Source of the DNA: an uncultured Verrucomicrobiae bacterium
GTDB taxonomy: Bacteria; Verrucomicrobiota; Verrucomicrobiia; Limisphaerales; JAFGQR01
DNA: 64,000 nt
Assembly (NCBI GenBank): GCA_963788655.1
Contig: CAWBHS010000022.1
Span: 1-64,000, forward strand
Direction of reading: 5' to 3'
The translations under genes and the position numbers were made by a program. Positions 52,531 to 63,732 of the stretch are shown here, piece after piece. The notes beneath the pieces were generated by a model that was given only the letters and a program-made list of their open reading frames with translations, ran no database searches and was not told the DNA's origin. Position 1 is the first letter of the stretch, and every line of letters starts with the position of its first letter.

Positions 52531-53121
52531 TTATCCGGCGAGCGGGACCGCAGCCAGCAGCGTGTATTGGGCGCCATGGGACGAGAGTTTGCTTTGCATT
52601 AAATCTATCTGTCCAATCCGCCATGTGCCCAAAGCCGGGGCGGCGCTCGCCGGGAAGGCTTCGGTCAACGCGCGGGCGGCCCGGGCTTGCTCGGGCCGGA
52701 CCCGTCCGATGGTCAGATGGGGATGGAACGGACGATCTTCGCGCTTGCCCCACGCGCTTGTTTCCCGGTCGATGGCTTGGCAGAGCTGGGACAGCAGGTC
52801 GCCCGTGCCGGAAATTCCGAGCCACACAATCCGGGGTTGGCGGGCGTTGGGGAAACACCCGACTCCTTCGATTGTCAGCTCAAAAGGACCAGTTGCGCTA
52901 ACTGCTCTCGACAAAGCTGCTTGGATCTCCGCTACGGAAGAAACAGGCACGTCGCCCAGGAAGCGCAGCGTCAAATGGATTTGTGCCTCCGGAATCCAGC
53001 GAACCGCGTGTCCACCAGTAGCTGCTTTCAAATCTCGTTGAAGTTGTTCAACGGAAGCCTTTAGTTGTGGCGGCAGGTTGATCGCAATAAATGTGCGAAT
53101 GGACTGGGACGATCCGGTCAT
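52531..53121 (-). CDS. thpR: RNA 2',3'-cyclic phosphodiesterase (2H family)
   Basis: RTFIAI, HLTLRFLG, FP...PRIVWLG, FHPHLTIGR. Confidence 0.9.
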   Translation of the reverse strand: MTGSSQSIRTFIAINLPPQLKASVEQLQRDLKAATGGHAVRWIPEAQIHLTLRFLGDVPVSSVAEIQAALSRAVSATGPFELTIEGVGCFPNARQPRIVWLGISGTGDLLSQLCQAIDRETSAWGKREDRPFHPHLTIGRVRPEQARAARALTEAFPASAAPALGTWRIGQIDLMQSKLSSHGAQYTLLAAVPLAG

Positions 53122-53189
53122 TCCCTCGAGTCAACGCGTTGGCATGGTTCCGTAATTCCTGGAAGGCGTCAGGTGCCTTTCCATCCCAC

Positions 53190-53525
53190 TTACTCGCGCC
53201 AGCCTTTCGCCGCGATCGCGGTGACCAACAAACCGGTTCCCACTACGATTCCCAGTGTGCTGTAGGGATGATTACGAATCACCTCTCCCGAGGCTTTCAA
53301 TCCCTGCCGGGTTTGGGTTTCCAACTCCGAAAGCACGTGGCGGGTATTGGCGAGCGTGGTGGCCAGCCGTTGGCGAGGGAGGTCGCTTGGCTTTTCCTGA
53401 GGGCGCCAGCGCGACGAAAGGAAACCTTCCGCGTCCTTTACCAGCGTTCGCAGGTCATCATACAACAATTCCTTGGTAACACCGTTTCGTCTTCGGCCCA
53501 ACCTTCTAAGATTCAGTTTCATCAT
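53190..53525 (-). CDS. DUF883/ElaB-YqjD-like membrane-anchored protein
   Basis: L..DLRTLVKDAE.L and C-terminal IRNHPYSTLGIVVGTGLLV. Confidence 0.7.
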   Translation of the reverse strand: MMKLNLRRLGRRRNGVTKELLYDDLRTLVKDAEGFLSSRWRPQEKPSDLPRQRLATTLANTRHVLSELETQTRQGLKASGEVIRNHPYSTLGIVVGTGLLVTAIAAKGWRE

Positions 53526-53805
53526 TGCTTTCCTTTCCTGGCGAGCTACGCCCCCACGCGGCTGCGCGCATTTCTGACGTACCTTCCCATGCGGACCGGG
53601 TTTGTCAAACGGGGCCAAGGCCGGCGCCACTCGCAAGCTCGAAGACCGAGGGCCGAAATTCAAAAGAAATCCGCAATCCGATTTCCGAAAGCAGCGCCTG
53701 TTTCGACCCGGTATCGCCGCAGACTTCCTCGGGCGGGAAGCACTTCGGATTTGGCTTCTTTGAAACATGCCCCCGTGGTAAGCGCCGTCCGGGGGGAACC
53801 CTCCC

Positions 53806-55393
53806 TCAGTGCCGGTAAAGAAACTCTGCGCTGTTGATCAACGCCCAGGCCAGATCCACGACGGCGGCGCGCCCGCGGGCCGGGCCGTATTGGAGATAGT
53901 CCTCCGCGGTCTTCAGTTCCTTTTCCGTCGGGTAACGCGACAGGATGCCCAGATACATCGCTGTGGCGATTTGCCGGGGAGGCTTCCTGCCCTGGGATTG
54001 GAATTTGACCATTGGGCTCTGTTCGAGCTTGCGCTGAATATGACTCGAATTCAGGAGGTGCAACCGCTGGGCGGCGCTGGGACGATTGTTACGCTCGGAT
54101 TCCAGGCCGGTATCGCGCGGCGGCCGGCCAAACAATTCCAGGAACGAACTGGTGATGCTCCCGTCCGCGAGCGCAATCGAGCGTTGGTCCTCGGGAATGA
54201 AGGTGAACGGCTCCGGAATGGCGCTCGAATACTTCTCCGTCGAACCGGTGATCTGATTCAGCGCGTCAATCAATACTTCCGCTGGCAACCGGCGCAACGG
54301 ATAATACGCGAAGTTGGCTGCCGCTTCGGGCCGCTCGGTGGGGGGAATGGATGAAAGCTGGTATGTTTGCGAGTTCAGAATCAATCGATAGAGCGACTTC
54401 AAATCGTAATGGGCCTCTATGAATTCCTTTTCAAGCCACGCCAGCAATTCGGGATTGCTCGGCGGATTGTCCGGCCGGATGTCGTCCGGTTCGTGAATGA
54501 TGCCCCGTCCCAGCAACCAGGACCAGACGCGGTTCACGAGGTTGCGGGTGAACCACGGATTCTTCGGAGTCAATCAGCCAATCGGCAAACACTGCGCGCG
54601 GATCCTGGTCCGGTGACAATTGCGCCGTGGTGCCGTCGGGGAAACGGGCGTTCTTTCCCAGACCGTTGGTGGCCAGACCGGGATCGAAGAATACGATTTC
54701 CTCTTTCCATTCGGCCGTATGCTTGTAGCCGACTTGTGAAAAAAAGGCCGCCATGCCCTCCAGCCGGTCTGGGGGCCAGTTTTCCGCGCGCACACCCATG
54801 AACGTCAAGGCCACGGCCTGCGCGATGCCATCCGGCGTTTTGCTTTGCAGGGCGCGATAGAAGTTGACCGGCGGCACGCGAAAATTGCTGCCACTGGCCG
54901 TGAGCAACTCCCGCACGAAACGGTCGTACGGAACATTTTCCTGGAAGCGGGTGCGGATCCAGCGGTGATACGCCTGCACCGCGTTTGGCCACAGGTTGAT
55001 GGGAAACTCTGCCTTGATCCGTAGCAGATCGCTCCATTTCATCGCCCAGTAATCGGCGAACTCGTCCCGCTCGAGCAGACGATCAATCAACGCCCGGCGT
55101 TTGTCAGGGCTCCGGTCCAAGATGAAGGTTTTCGCCTCGAGCGCAGTCGGCAACGTGCCAATCACGTCCAGAAAGGCGCGGCGCACAAACACGGCGTCGG
55201 AACACAGCGGGGCGGGTGAAAGATCCAATCGCTTTAGTTTGTCGAAAACCAGTTTGTCGATCGGGCTGGAAGGAACCGGCGCCACCCGGCTTTCAAAAGG
55301 ATTGGGCCCGGCAGCGGGTGCCGCGGCGGATGCCTTGGTGCCGACCGGGGCAGTCAGGAGGACGACCGTCAAAATGATGAATGACTTAATCAT
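53806..55393 (-). CDS. DUF1549/DUF1553 domain protein (1-nt frameshift near 54572)
   Basis: SDAVFVRRAFLDVIGTLPT, W.DLLR, PYDRFVRELLTA, NPWFTRNLVNRVW..LLGRGII, PSNPELL, LAWALINS.EF..RH. Confidence 0.88.
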
Positions 55394-55721
55394 GGTGTTC
55401 GATGCCCTATATACTTCGGAACCGGCACGTTTCAAAGGGAATCCTTGGGGGGAACGGGACCGATGCGTTTGGAGCCACCGCACATTGGCAAGCGGTTGGA
55501 GGGCCGTGCGGGGAATTCATCGGCGCTTTGAACCGTAGGGGGGCTTCGACAGAGTACCGCCGGCTTGAGCCAAGCGAATTACGACCGCGACACTTACCGG
55601 AAGAGCATCACGTTCATGGCAGTCTGAACAAAGCGCCAGCTCACCCCATTTTTTGCTCGCCTCCCGCTTCGCGAATAAGCAATCTGCCTGTTAACACCAT
55701 GTAAAACGAGAAAGGCCATTA

Positions 55722-57287
55722 ATGAAGACTTCAAAACTTTTTTCTGGATGTGCGGGCTGCCCCATGAACCGTCGGAATTTCCTTACCCGGGGAACCGCCG
55801 CTGCCGCGGGAGCGTTGGGTTACCTGGCCGCCCCCGGCATGTTGCGCGCCGCCGAGGTCACCGGCAAGACACGGATTCGCGTGGTCTATTCACTGCACGG
55901 TCCGCAACAAGCCGGACCGGACTGGCCGAATAAAGGCTTTGATTTTGTCCCGGCCATGGACCGGATCAACGCGGAACTGGCCAAACGCTGTTCCGGCTTC
56001 GAATTCGTCACGGCGTTGGCCAACGGTCCGGACCAGGCCAAGAAGATTCTCGAAGACGACAAGTCCGCCAACATCGACGGTTACCTGGTTTACCAAATGA
56101 ACTGTTGGAATCGCGTCGTGCAAACGATGGCCACCTCGGGCAAGCCGGTCTTGTATGCCGATTTCCAATTCGGCGGCAGCGGCGGGTTCCTGGTGTACAC
56201 CGCCGGTTTCCTGCGCAGCAAAACGCCGAACGTCGGTTATGTGGCTTCCTCGCGCATTGAAGACTTGGCCGAAGCCGTCAAATGTTTTGCCGCGGTCAAG
56301 CAAGGCGGTTCCGTGGCCGACTTTGTGGCCGCGACCCGGCAAGCACGGCTGAAACGGACGCCCAAGCCAGGCAATCTCGCCTGCGCGGCGGACAATTTGA
56401 AAACTCTGGCGCCCGATGAATGTCTGCGCCGTTTCAAAGAATCCAAGATCCTCGCCGTGCGCGGACAGGAGGCCGGTGACGCTGGAGAAATCATGGGCAT
56501 CAAGGTGGTGAATGTGCCGTTCGCCGAGGTGAACGATGCCTGGAAAGCCGCCGACCAGGACGAATCCCGCGCCGTGGCCGATCGCTGGGAAAAGAACGCT
56601 GCGTCCGTCGTGGACGTCTCTCGCAAAACTTTGGAAACCTCCGCGGCCATGTACGTGGGGATGAAGTCAACCTTGAAGCAGCATGGAGCCAACGCCATCA
56701 CGATCAATTGCCTGGGCGGGTTTTATGGCGGCCATATTCACGCGTATCCGTGTCTGGGCTTTCACGAGTTAAACAACGAAGCGCTGGTGGGCGGTTGCGA
56801 ATGCGACGTGCGTTCGGCGGCCACCATGGTGGCTGGAACGATTCTGACGCAGGGCCGGCCGGGTTACATTTCCGATCCGGTGATTGACACGGCCAAACGC
56901 CAGATCATTTACGCGCATTGCGTGGCGTCGAACAAGGCCTTCGGGCCGCAGGGGCCGTCCAATCCGTTTCATATCATGACGCATTCCGAAGACCGCCAGG
57001 GCGCGTCGGTCCGCTCGATTCTACCGGCCGGGTACCTGACCACCTCGCTGGAATTCGAGCAGAGCCGCAAAGAGATTCTTTTTCACCGCGCCAAAGCGGT
57101 GGGGAATGATCCCGATGACCGTGCCTGCCGCACCAAGCTTTGCGGCGAGCCGATTGGCGACATTGAGAAGCTCTTCACCGAATGGGACCGCTGGGGATGG
57201 CACCGCGTCACCTTCTATGGCGATCTCAAAGAACCCGTCTATGCCCTGGCCGACGCGCTCGGCTGGAAGGTAGTTGAGGAAGCGTAA
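55722..57287 (+). CDS. Tat-exported L-fucose/L-arabinose isomerase-like protein
   Basis: NRRNFL twin-arginine signal, ANAITINCL, YPCLGF.ELN, CECD, ISDPVID, CRTKL, WHRVTFYGD. Confidence 0.7.
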   Translation: MKTSKLFSGCAGCPMNRRNFLTRGTAAAAGALGYLAAPGMLRAAEVTGKTRIRVVYSLHGPQQAGPDWPNKGFDFVPAMDRINAELAKRCSGFEFVTALANGPDQAKKILEDDKSANIDGYLVYQMNCWNRVVQTMATSGKPVLYADFQFGGSGGFLVYTAGFLRSKTPNVGYVASSRIEDLAEAVKCFAAVKQGGSVADFVAATRQARLKRTPKPGNLACAADNLKTLAPDECLRRFKESKILAVRGQEAGDAGEIMGIKVVNVPFAEVNDAWKAADQDESRAVADRWEKNAASVVDVSRKTLETSAAMYVGMKSTLKQHGANAITINCLGGFYGGHIHAYPCLGFHELNNEALVGGCECDVRSAATMVAGTILTQGRPGYISDPVIDTAKRQIIYAHCVASNKAFGPQGPSNPFHIMTHSEDRQGASVRSILPAGYLTTSLEFEQSRKEILFHRAKAVGNDPDDRACRTKLCGEPIGDIEKLFTEWDRWGWHRVTFYGDLKEPVYALADALGWKVVEEA

Positions 57288-57369
57288 TTACTTCCGGCTC
57301 CGCGGCACGACTTTACCCGCATGCATCCCATGAAAGGCACAATGCGCGTAAACGCTGGATCGGAAGCTT

Positions 57370-60294
57370 TCACTGGAATGCCTCCATCCCCACGCAGGTG
57401 CAGACCGGGTGACGGTCGCCATATACGTTGTCAATCCGGCCCACCGGCGGCCAGAACTTGTGCGTGTGCAGCCAGGCTACGGGATATGCCGCCTGCTGGC
57501 GGGAATACGGACGTTCCCATTGGTCGGCGGTCACCACCTCCGCCGGGTGCGGCGCGTTCTTGAGCAAGTTGTTCTTCGCGTCCGCTTCGCCGGATTCAAT
57601 GGCCAGAATTTCACCGTGAATGGCGGTCATGGCGTCGCAGAAGCGATCCAGTTCCGCCTTCGATTCGCTCTCAGTCGGCTCGACCATCATTGTGCCCGGC
57701 ACTGGCCACGAAATGGTGGGCGCATGAAATCCGTAATCCATCAGCCGTTTCGCAACGTCCTCGACGGTCACGCTTTTGAACTGCCGCAAATCCAGAATGC
57801 ACTCGTGCGCAACCAGTCCACTCGGGCCTTGGTAGAGCACGGGAAAGAACTGATCGAGCCGGCGCGCGATGTAGTTGGCGTTCAATATCGCCGCCTGCGT
57901 GGCGCGGGTGAGTCCCTTCGGTCCCATCAGACGCAGGTAGATCCATGAGATCGGCAGAATGCTCGGACTGCCCCATGGCGCGGCGGATACCGGTCCAATT
58001 CCTTGTTCACCGCCGGTGTCCACCAACGGATGCGTCGGCAGGAACGCTGCCAGATGCGCGGCCACGCCGATGGGTCCCATGCCGGGACCGCCGCCGCCAT
58101 GCGGGATGCAAAAGGTCTTGTGCAGGTTGACATGACACACGTCAGCGCCCATGTCGCCGGGCCGGCACAAGCCCACTTGCGCGTTGAGGTTGGCACCGTC
58201 CATATACACTTGGCCGCCGTGATTGTGGACGATTCGGCAAATCTCCTTGATTTGTTCTTCGAACACTCCGTGGGTGGACGGGTAAGTGACCATGAGCGCG
58301 CCGAGCTTGGCTGCATGCGTTTCCGTCTTGGCGCGCAAATCGGCGAGGTCAATGTCTCCATTGGCCGCGCACGCGACCGGCACGACGTTGAATCCGGCCA
58401 ACACGGCGCTGGCCGGATTGGTGCCGTGCGCGCTGGTCGGGATCAGACAAACGTCGCGCTGCGGTTCACCGCGGCTCTGATGGTACTTGCGAATGACGAG
58501 CAAGCCCGTTAGTTCGCCTTGCGATCCGGCATTGGGTTGGAGGGACATGGCGGCAAACCCGGTGATTTCCGCGAGCCATTGGGAAAGTTGCTGGAACAGA
58601 GTTTGGTAGCCGCGCGTTTGGCTTGTTGGCGCGAACGGATGAAGCTTCCCAAACTCCGGCCAGGTTACGGGGAGCATCTCGACGGCGGCGTTGAGCTTCA
58701 TGGTGCAGGAGCCGAGCGGAATCATCGAAGTGGTCAGCGACAAGTCGCGCGTTTCGAGCCGGCGAATGTACCGCATCATTTCGGTCTCGGAATGGTATTG
58801 ATGGAAAACCGGGTGTTGGAGAAAGGGCGACTTCCGAACCAGCGGCTCGGGAAAGCCGGTGGCCTTTTCCGCGACCAGGTCCGCCAGCATAAAGGGCGGT
58901 TCCTGATCGCGGTTGAATATGCGGAGCAGTAGGGCAAGATCGTCCTCGGAGGTTGTCTCATCCAACGTAATGCCGAGAGTCTGCTCGTCCACCCTGCGGA
59001 AGTTCACGCGATGGGCTTCAGCAACTTTCACAACCTCGGCAACCGATGGCGAAGCCGGCTGCACCAATATCGTATCGAAGAACGTCTCCGTGAGCACTTG
59101 GCATCCCAATTTTCGCAAGCCCGCCGCCAGCGCCGCGGTCAACAAACAAACGCGGTGGGCGATTTGTTTCAAACCGTCCGGACCGTGATAAACGGCGTAC
59201 ATGGACGCCATGATGGCCAGGAGCACCTGGGCCGTGCAGATATTGCTGGTGGCCTTCTCGCGGCGGATGTGTTGCTCGCGTGTTTGCAGCGCCAAGCGCA
59301 GAGCGGGCCGGCCTTGGGCATCTTTCGAGACGCCCACCAGACGTCCGGGCATCAGGCGTTTGTGGACATCGCGCGTGGCCAGATACGCGGCATGCGGACC
59401 GCCATAGCCCAGCGGCACGCCGAAACGCTGCGCACTGCCCACGGCCACGTCGGCGCCCCATTCGCCGGGCGGACTGAGCAGGGTCAACGCCAGCAAGTCG
59501 GCGGCAACGATCACCAGGGCATCGTGGGCGTGGGCTTGTTCGGCGAACTGGCGATAGTCGTGAACCTCGCCGTTCGTAGCGGGATATTGCACCAGCACCG
59601 CAAACACCTTTTCTCCGAACTCGAACGCTTCATGGTTGCCCACAATCACCCGCACGCCCTGGGCTTCGGCGCGCGTGCATACCACAGCAATCGTTTGGGG
59701 ATGGCAATTGTCCGAAATCCAAAACGCGCGAGTCGGATCGCGCCCTTTCAGCGCGTGGCACATCGCCATGGCCTCGGCGGCGGCGGTGGCTTCATCGAGC
59801 AGGGAGGCATTGGCGATGGCCAGCCCGGTGAGATCACAAATCATGGTTTGGAAATTGAGCAGCGCTTCCAGGCGGCCCTGGGAGATTTCCGCCTGGTACG
59901 GGGTGTATTGGGTGTACCAGCCCGGATTTTCCAAAATGTTCCGTTGGATGACCGGCGGCGTGATGCAGTCGTGATAGCCAAGACCGATGAAGGACCGAAA
60001 CAACTGGTTCTGACTCGCGAGGGATTGCAACTCATTCAGGACCGCGAACTCGGATGTGGCGGGCGGAAGGTTCAGCGATTGGCGCCGGTGAATTGATTTC
60101 GGCACCGCGGCTTCAGCCAGCGCCTCGAGACTGGCGAACCCAAGCGTTTCGAGCATTTGCTGCAACTCGGCGGCTTGCGGTCCGATATGACGGCGCACAA
60201 ACGAGTCCGTGTCGGCGAACGCAGTTGGGGCATCGTTCGCCGAAGGACCCGGACCGGGTGGGGTTTGGATAGACGGTTCAGACGGTTCAGACAT
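57370..60294 (-). CDS. gcvP: Glycine dehydrogenase (glycine cleavage P protein)
   Basis: [65 protein letters not shown]. Confidence 0.97.
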   Translation of the reverse strand: MSEPSEPSIQTPPGPGPSANDAPTAFADTDSFVRRHIGPQAAELQQMLETLGFASLEALAEAAVPKSIHRRQSLNLPPATSEFAVLNELQSLASQNQLFRSFIGLGYHDCITPPVIQRNILENPGWYTQYTPYQAEISQGRLEALLNFQTMICDLTGLAIANASLLDEATAAAEAMAMCHALKGRDPTRAFWISDNCHPQTIAVVCTRAEAQGVRVIVGNHEAFEFGEKVFAVLVQYPATNGEVHDYRQFAEQAHAHDALVIVAADLLALTLLSPPGEWGADVAVGSAQRFGVPLGYGGPHAAYLATRDVHKRLMPGRLVGVSKDAQGRPALRLALQTREQHIRREKATSNICTAQVLLAIMASMYAVYHGPDGLKQIAHRVCLLTAALAAGLRKLGCQVLTETFFDTILVQPASPSVAEVVKVAEAHRVNFRRVDEQTLGITLDETTSEDDLALLLRIFNRDQEPPFMLADLVAEKATGFPEPLVRKSPFLQHPVFHQYHSETEMMRYIRRLETRDLSLTTSMIPLGSCTMKLNAAVEMLPVTWPEFGKLHPFAPTSQTRGYQTLFQQLSQWLAEITGFAAMSLQPNAGSQGELTGLLVIRKYHQSRGEPQRDVCLIPTSAHGTNPASAVLAGFNVVPVACAANGDIDLADLRAKTETHAAKLGALMVTYPSTHGVFEEQIKEICRIVHNHGGQVYMDGANLNAQVGLCRPGDMGADVCHVNLHKTFCIPHGGGGPGMGPIGVAAHLAAFLPTHPLVDTGGEQGIGPVSAAPWGSPSILPISWIYLRLMGPKGLTRATQAAILNANYIARRLDQFFPVLYQGPSGLVAHECILDLRQFKSVTVEDVAKRLMDYGFHAPTISWPVPGTMMVEPTESESKAELDRFCDAMTAIHGEILAIESGEADAKNNLLKNAPHPAEVVTADQWERPYSRQQAAYPVAWLHTHKFWPPVGRIDNVYGDRHPVCTCVGMEAFQ

Positions 60295-60679
60295 GCGGCG
60301 AAGCTAAGGAGCTGGACCATCATTTCAAGCCGGAAAGCGAGCGTGCGAACAAGGGCGCGCCTCATTGGCTGCCGGCCCAGTCAAACGATTCCCGTAGGTC
60401 GAAAACGCATCGGCAAGAATGTCATCGCCGACAGTTGCCGCCAATGCGGGCCGGCGCGGACGGCCCTTTGAACGCGCGCGTCGCCGCGGAAGCGAATGTT
60501 AGGATCAGCCCGTTTCATCATCGTTTTCGACTGAGCTAACGGCAGGCGGGTTTCGGTTGTCCCGTTTCGAGACACTTCGCCGCGTTGAGTGGGAAAATGA
60601 CTTGCTTTGAGACACTCCGGCGAGTCGGAGGCCGCTACCGGGAAATCTCGACTTGAGCGCGAACCCGCGGCGGCTCTCC

Positions 60680-60696
60680 TTGGCATTTGTTCTGCT
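60680..60696 (+). promoter_or_regulatory. Putative sigma-54 promoter for the pil operon
   Basis: TTGGCATTTGTTCTGCT (GG-N10-GC) about 20 nt upstream of ATG 60718. Confidence 0.55.
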
Positions 60697-60717
60697 GGAC
60701 AGACCGAAGGTTTTATT

Positions 60718-61794
60718 ATGGGTTTGCCATTTATCAGCCGAAAGTCCCGCAAGCGCGATCAAATCGTCGCCATTGACCTGGGTGGCCGTGTCACCAAGGC
60801 GGTACACGTGCAGCGCAAAGGCGACCGCTTGACTCTGACGAACTTTGCTGTCCTGGAAAGTCCGGCCAGTGACAAAGCGGTTTCGGCCGAACTGCTGGCC
60901 GACCATTTGCGCAATATCAGCAAGGCTCTCGGCGCCGGGCGGGCGCGACCGGTCGCGCTGGCCATTGGCGTGAACGACACTCTGTTCCGACAGATTGAAG
61001 CACCGCTGATGCCGGTGGCTGATTTGCGGCAGATGCTCAAGTTCAATGCCAAGACCTACCTGCAGCAGGATCTGCCGAATTACATCTACGACTGCTACTT
61101 TGCCCCGCCCAAACCCGGCGGCCGACAAGGAGACGGCCCCAAGTCGGCCGGAGGACCACCCAAGAACAAGGTGATGGTGGGCGGCATCAAGCGGGAAATG
61201 CTCAATACCTTGCAGGCCGCCATTCGCGGTGCGGGCCTGGTGGCCGATCAGGTCGTTCCCGGCGTTATCGGTCCCAGCAATGCTTTCGAGCACGCCGAAC
61301 CGGAGCTCTTTCTCTCCGAGCCCGTGGCTCTGGTGGACATTGGTTTCAAGAATACCACCATCACGGTGCTGGACGGCGGGGAGATCGCGTTGAACCGCGT
61401 GGTCGGCATCGGCGGGGATAAGCTGACGCACGGCTTGTCGGAAGCGATGAACATCAGCTATCTGGAAGCCGAAAACATCAAAGTGGGAATGCCGGGGGAA
61501 GTGCAAGGGGAGTTGGAACCTTTGATTCATCCGCTGGGCCGTGAACTGCGCGCGTCGCTGGATTTCTACGAGCATCAGCAGGACAAGACCATTGGCAATG
61601 TCTATATTTCCGGCGGCACCGCCCGCAGTGAGTTCCTCCTGCAAGCGCTGCAAAATGAATTGATGGTGCCGTGCAAGAGTTGGAACCCGGCCAAGAACCT
61701 GCAACTATCGCTCCCCGCCGACCGGTTGGGGGAAATCGAGCAAGTGGCCCCGCAACTCACGGTGGCCATCGGCACGGCCACGGCTGCCTTATAA
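60718..61794 (+). CDS. pilM: Type IV pilus assembly protein PilM (actin-like)
   Basis: AIDLG....KAV, ALVDIGFKNT, IGGDKLT, EAENIK, ELRASLDFYE, VYISGGTA, LTVAIG.A. Confidence 0.88.
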   Translation: MGLPFISRKSRKRDQIVAIDLGGRVTKAVHVQRKGDRLTLTNFAVLESPASDKAVSAELLADHLRNISKALGAGRARPVALAIGVNDTLFRQIEAPLMPVADLRQMLKFNAKTYLQQDLPNYIYDCYFAPPKPGGRQGDGPKSAGGPPKNKVMVGGIKREMLNTLQAAIRGAGLVADQVVPGVIGPSNAFEHAEPELFLSEPVALVDIGFKNTTITVLDGGEIALNRVVGIGGDKLTHGLSEAMNISYLEAENIKVGMPGEVQGELEPLIHPLGRELRASLDFYEHQQDKTIGNVYISGGTARSEFLLQALQNELMVPCKSWNPAKNLQLSLPADRLGEIEQVAPQLTVAIGTATAAL

Positions 61795-61799
61795 GTCTT

Positions 61800-62480
61800 A
61801 TGCCCATTCGCATCAATCTCCTCGCCGAACATCACGCCCTGGAAGAAGAGCGGCGGCGTGACCCCGTCAAGCGCGCCTATCTGGCCGCCGGGCTGATTCT
61901 GTCCCTGGTCTTGCTCTGGAGCGGGCTGCTGAAGTTCCAAATCATGTCCTCGCAAGGGGAACTCGATGGCCTTAAAGCCCAATGGGGTACCATGAAGACC
62001 AGCTACGAGCGCGCGAAAGAGCAGCAAATGAAGGTGATTGCCGCCGAACAGAAACTGAATGCGCTGCAAACGCTGGTGACCAACCGGTTTCGCTGGGGCA
62101 CGACGCTGAACGCCTTGCAAAACACCGTGGTCGGCGTGGCGGATATCCGCGTGGTCCATTTGAAATGCGCGCAGACCTACTCCCGCAGTGAGGAAGTCAA
62201 GAGCACCACCAAGAACGGGGTGACCATTCCGGCAAAACCGGCGCTGGCCACCGAACGCATCTCCCTGTTGATCGACGCCATCGATTCCAGTGCCCAGCCG
62301 GGCGGCAACGTGAACAAGTTCAAGGAAACCATCAGCCAAGTGCCTTATTTCAAGGAGAACCTGAAGCAGACCAACGGCGTCCTGTTAACCAGCCTCTCTG
62401 CGCCGCAAGTCGCTCCCAACGGCCGCCAGCCATTCGTCACTTTCTCGATCCAGTGTTATTTCCCGGAAAAGGTGCGCTAG
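61800..62480 (+). CDS. pilN: PilN-like protein
   Basis: IRINLL PilM-binding motif, TM helix, coiled coil, position after pilM. Confidence 0.75.
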   Translation: MPIRINLLAEHHALEEERRRDPVKRAYLAAGLILSLVLLWSGLLKFQIMSSQGELDGLKAQWGTMKTSYERAKEQQMKVIAAEQKLNALQTLVTNRFRWGTTLNALQNTVVGVADIRVVHLKCAQTYSRSEEVKSTTKNGVTIPAKPALATERISLLIDAIDSSAQPGGNVNKFKETISQVPYFKENLKQTNGVLLTSLSAPQVAPNGRQPFVTFSIQCYFPEKVR

Positions 62481-62481
62481 C

Positions 62482-63084
62482 ATGAAGAAACTGAGCAAAG
62501 AAAAACGTGAACGGATCATCCTGGTGGGGCTGGGCACCCTGATTGCCCTGATCGCGTTGTGGTATGGCTTGATCAGTTCGCAAAAACAATCCATCCGGAA
62601 AATCGCCAAAGACGTAAAGGAAGAACACGACTCCGTCGGCAACGCCCAGCGTCTGGTCAGTTCCGCCGACCAGATCCAGAGCAACCTCGAAACGGTGACC
62701 CGTCGGCTCAAAGCCATGGAGGCGGACATGGCCTCGGGCGACAAGTATTCCTGGATCATCCAAACCTTGAACAACTTCCTCGTCACGCACGGTTATCGCG
62801 ATACCCACAAAGTGGACATCCCCCAATTCAGCCGTGAGGTGCCTTCGGAGGTTGGTTTGTTTACCGACTTTCCGTACAGCGCGGTCGTTTTTACGGTGCG
62901 TGGCACCGCCTATTACCACGACTTTGGTAAATTTATAGCCGATTTCGAAAACAGTTTTCCCTTCCTCCGAGTGCAAAACATTGACCTGGATCCCGCCACT
63001 TCGAGCAGCGCCACGAATGCCGGTGATCCCGAAAAACTGACTTTCAAGATGGAAATTGTGGCGCTGGTGAACCCGGGACGTTGA
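62482..63084 (+). CDS. pilO: PilO-like protein
   Basis: N-terminal TM, coiled coil, G.AYYHDFGKFIADFEN. Confidence 0.75.
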   Translation: MKKLSKEKRERIILVGLGTLIALIALWYGLISSQKQSIRKIAKDVKEEHDSVGNAQRLVSSADQIQSNLETVTRRLKAMEADMASGDKYSWIIQTLNNFLVTHGYRDTHKVDIPQFSREVPSEVGLFTDFPYSAVVFTVRGTAYYHDFGKFIADFENSFPFLRVQNIDLDPATSSSATNAGDPEKLTFKMEIVALVNPGR

Positions 63085-63102
63085 TGCCACCAATCCGTGA
63101 TT

Positions 63103-63678
63103 ATGCATTCGCCTAACCAAGCTCGATTGAATCTCCGTCAGCCGCTTCCGAACCGGTCCTGGCCCCGCGGCCTCAGTCTGCGCACGACATTGGTGAGCGC
63201 CATCTTGGCCTTCACGTTCGCACCCTGGGCCGGGGCCGCGCAGCCCGAACGTCCCACCGCGCCCGCCGCGCCCACCGCGCCCACCGCGCCCACCCCGGCG
63301 CCTCAAGCGCAACCGACGACCAAGCCGGAAAAAGAGTATCTGCGCGACTTGGTGCTGATCCCCTCGGAATTCGATGACAGCCAGCCGTGCGGCAAAGATC
63401 CCTTTTTTCCCAAGTCCGAGCGCACGTGCAAAACCAAACAGTCGTCCACTCCGCGGCCCAGTCTGCTCACCACGCTGAAGCTTAGAGGATTATCCCGTTC
63501 GCCCACGCAGCGCATGGTGCTGATCAACAAGTACACCCTCGCCGAAGGGGAAGAACGGGAGATCCGGGTCGATGATCAGGTCCATAAATTGGGCTGTGTT
63601 GAGGTCCGGGAAAAATCGGTTCTGATCAGTATTGACGGCCAACCAATGGAACTCTTCCTTCCCGCCGATCTATTTTAG
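63103..63678 (+). CDS. PilP-like protein with Pro/Ala/Thr repeat
   Basis: Signal-like region, (PTA)n repeat from 9-bp tandem CCCACCGCG, GKDPF, operon position. Confidence 0.55.
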   Translation: MHSPNQARLNLRQPLPNRSWPRGLSLRTTLVSAILAFTFAPWAGAAQPERPTAPAAPTAPTAPTPAPQAQPTTKPEKEYLRDLVLIPSEFDDSQPCGKDPFFPKSERTCKTKQSSTPRPSLLTTLKLRGLSRSPTQRMVLINKYTLAEGEEREIRVDDQVHKLGCVEVREKSVLISIDGQPMELFLPADLF

Positions 63679-63732
63679 TTTATTCTCGAGCGCCACATCT
63701 CCATCCAAACCACCAGTACCAATCGTGACTTT

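Noticed and set aside
60295..60600. Glycine riboswitch upstream of gcvP
   Set aside because: No GGAGA/CCGAAG/CTCTCAGG elements on the minus strand, and the gene appears leaderless. A 10-bp IR (GTCGAAAACG/CGTTTTCGAC) alone is insufficient.
63253..63297. 9-bp tandem repeat as a phase-variation switch
   Set aside because: The unit is a multiple of 3 and encodes a PTA linker, so copy changes would not shift the frame.
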